DNA of 63,374 bases, counting the filler, from Rhabdomonas costata (taxonomy: Eukaryota): the NCBI GenBank assembly GCA_019059605.1. It is 43 parts of 43 records of this genome, joined end to end, with 100 filler letters (N's around TTAATTAATTAA, not from the genome) between each part and the next. Parts side by side here need not be neighbours in the genome. Positions count along the whole stretch, not along the records: positions 61,999 to 63,374 come from JAHMHO010017800.1; 42 more parts are not named here. The stretch is one strand, 5' to 3'. Shown here piece after piece: positions 62,044 through 63,374 of this stretch (the stretch's first letter is position 1; every line of letters starts with the position of its first letter). The notes under the pieces are model-generated. The model was not told the origin of the DNA and did no database searches. It saw only the letters and a program-made list of their open reading frames with translations. A program made the translations under genes and the position numbers.

Positions 62044-63331
62044 TCGCGGAATTCCTGCTTCAATGGCTCTGCGAGGGAGGGGTAGGGCGTCGCCAGCAGT
62101 GAGCAAGCGGAAGTCCTCGATGTGGCCCAGTCCTGCTTGAACAGCCGCCTAACCAGCCCCACGTACTCTGTGGAGAGCTGCTCCGCGGGCAGTTCCCGGG
62201 CTATCGCATTGAGCGAAGAAACAGCCTGTGTGTAGTGAGCAAGTATGGCTGACAAACAGTGTTCCTAGAATGCTTTGCTCAATGCGATCAACCTTCATCT
62301 ACAAAATCAGCGCTTCGGCAGATACCCGAACCCCCCAGGCAAATAAAATGCGATCACCGTACAGGGCTAAGCCGAAGCAGGCCTGGGGTCTTTTGTATAT
62401 ACAGCAGGCCTCCCGAAACGCTGCGTGGCCGGTCATTGGGGTCAGGAGAGTCCCGACCTTTCACCCTCGGCCAGTGACGGTGCCCCTTGGCGGCTCTTTC
62501 GTAACCCTTTTGCGCCGCTTCTTGCCCCACGCAGCGGACACGACAGCACCCACAACGTACTTTACAACGAACCACCCACGCCGAAAGAGGCTCGGCAACT
62601 GGCACGTGGCCCACAAAAATCATCGCGTCGCACAAAAAGCACCGTACAGGCAGTAATTAATGAAGGCTTGGACTAATAATGGTTCAATAATGGATATCGT
62701 TCAATAATGGATCAAGGGCCGATTTTTTTATTATAAAAAACCATTTTGAGCCAAAAAAATAACGGATCATCAATAAATGGATGAAGTGGAACCCCTCCAA
62801 CTGCAGGAAATTGTCTATTGGCGCCCAGACGGCGCCAGAGGAAGCGGCAAAGTTCAACTGTGACATCTACACATCACCGCTAGTTGGAATTTTGATGGAA
62901 AAGCGGGGGGTAAAGCTGGAAAGATGGGGTGAAACATCCAGTTAGGATTTCCGGGAACAACCCCCTGGTGCTGTACGTAAAGTCCCCGGCTTGCGGACTT
63001 CAAGACACTTAATAAGGAGGAGGTGGGCCTCCAAGAGGAGAAAAGAAAAAAAGTAAGAATCCCAGAGACTTCGTTCACGCGTGTAACAGTCGATGACAAA
63101 CACCACATGAGTATGTATGCGGGAATCTTTCGGTAAAATGATCAAAAGCCGAAAGAATGGTGAGAACACAGAAACGCACTTTCTCTCGGACAACAGTTTC
63201 GTCCACATTGCAGAAGCTCTCTAAAAGTGGGAACAGGCAAGGCGCTTGAACAGGTCCACCGACGTAAGGAGTGAACTTCCCCAGCTCTTCAGCTAAGGCC
63301 AGCAGCACCTCATCTTCGTCATCTATACTGT
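62044..63331 (-). CDS. PPP2R1A: Protein phosphatase 2A scaffold (A/PR65) subunit; exons 63331-63180 and 62225-62044
   Basis: [26 protein letters not shown]...[20 protein letters not shown]...[20 protein letters not shown] closely matches PR65 HEAT repeats 2-4; GT-AG intron. Confidence 0.96.
62364..62619 (-). mobile_element. Structured dispersed element, copy D, inside the PP2A-A intron
   Basis: Near-identical to 46868-47137; lies within intron 63179-62226. Confidence 0.92.
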
Positions 63332-63374
63332 CTGAGAAAGACAACCAAACTGTGGCGAAGCCACCGCAAGTCAG

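Noticed and set aside
33-63344. Most six-frame ORFs, including those ending in X...LIN
   Set aside because: They use non-ATG starts, run through introns or N spacers, or are antisense shadows of real exons.

Overview
This window is not one locus. It is about 43 unrelated contigs of ~1.38 kb, joined by an artificial 100-nt spacer (N44-TTAATTAATTAA-N44, stops in all six frames). Contig ends carry G/T-only (5') or A/C-only (3') tails typical of degenerate-primer whole-genome amplification. The DNA is nuclear sequence of an intron-rich eukaryote, most likely a protist; a euglenid-like flagellate is plausible but not provable here. Most six-frame ORFs are spurious. Real genes appear as short exons bounded by GT-AG introns: a COG0523/YciC GTPase, an AlkB-family dioxygenase, transhydrogenase beta, GT8-, GT15- and GT4-like glycosyltransferases, an IPT/TIG protein, a class 3 lipase, a VWA protein, a Cache-HAMP receptor, two class III nucleotide cyclases, kinesin, a UBR-box protein, RecQ, a papain-like protease, ValRS, a formin and the PP2A A subunit. 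The best novel candidates are: (1) a GC-rich, strongly base-paired element of up to ~260 nt found four times, each time apparently intronic and sense to the host gene; (2) an atypical first contig built from shuffled short repeats, with faint cob- and cox1-like frames (possible organellar DNA); (3) fold-back inverted duplications, one of them old and covering a splice acceptor; (4) a UBR zinc finger split by a charged tandem repeat with a frameshift.
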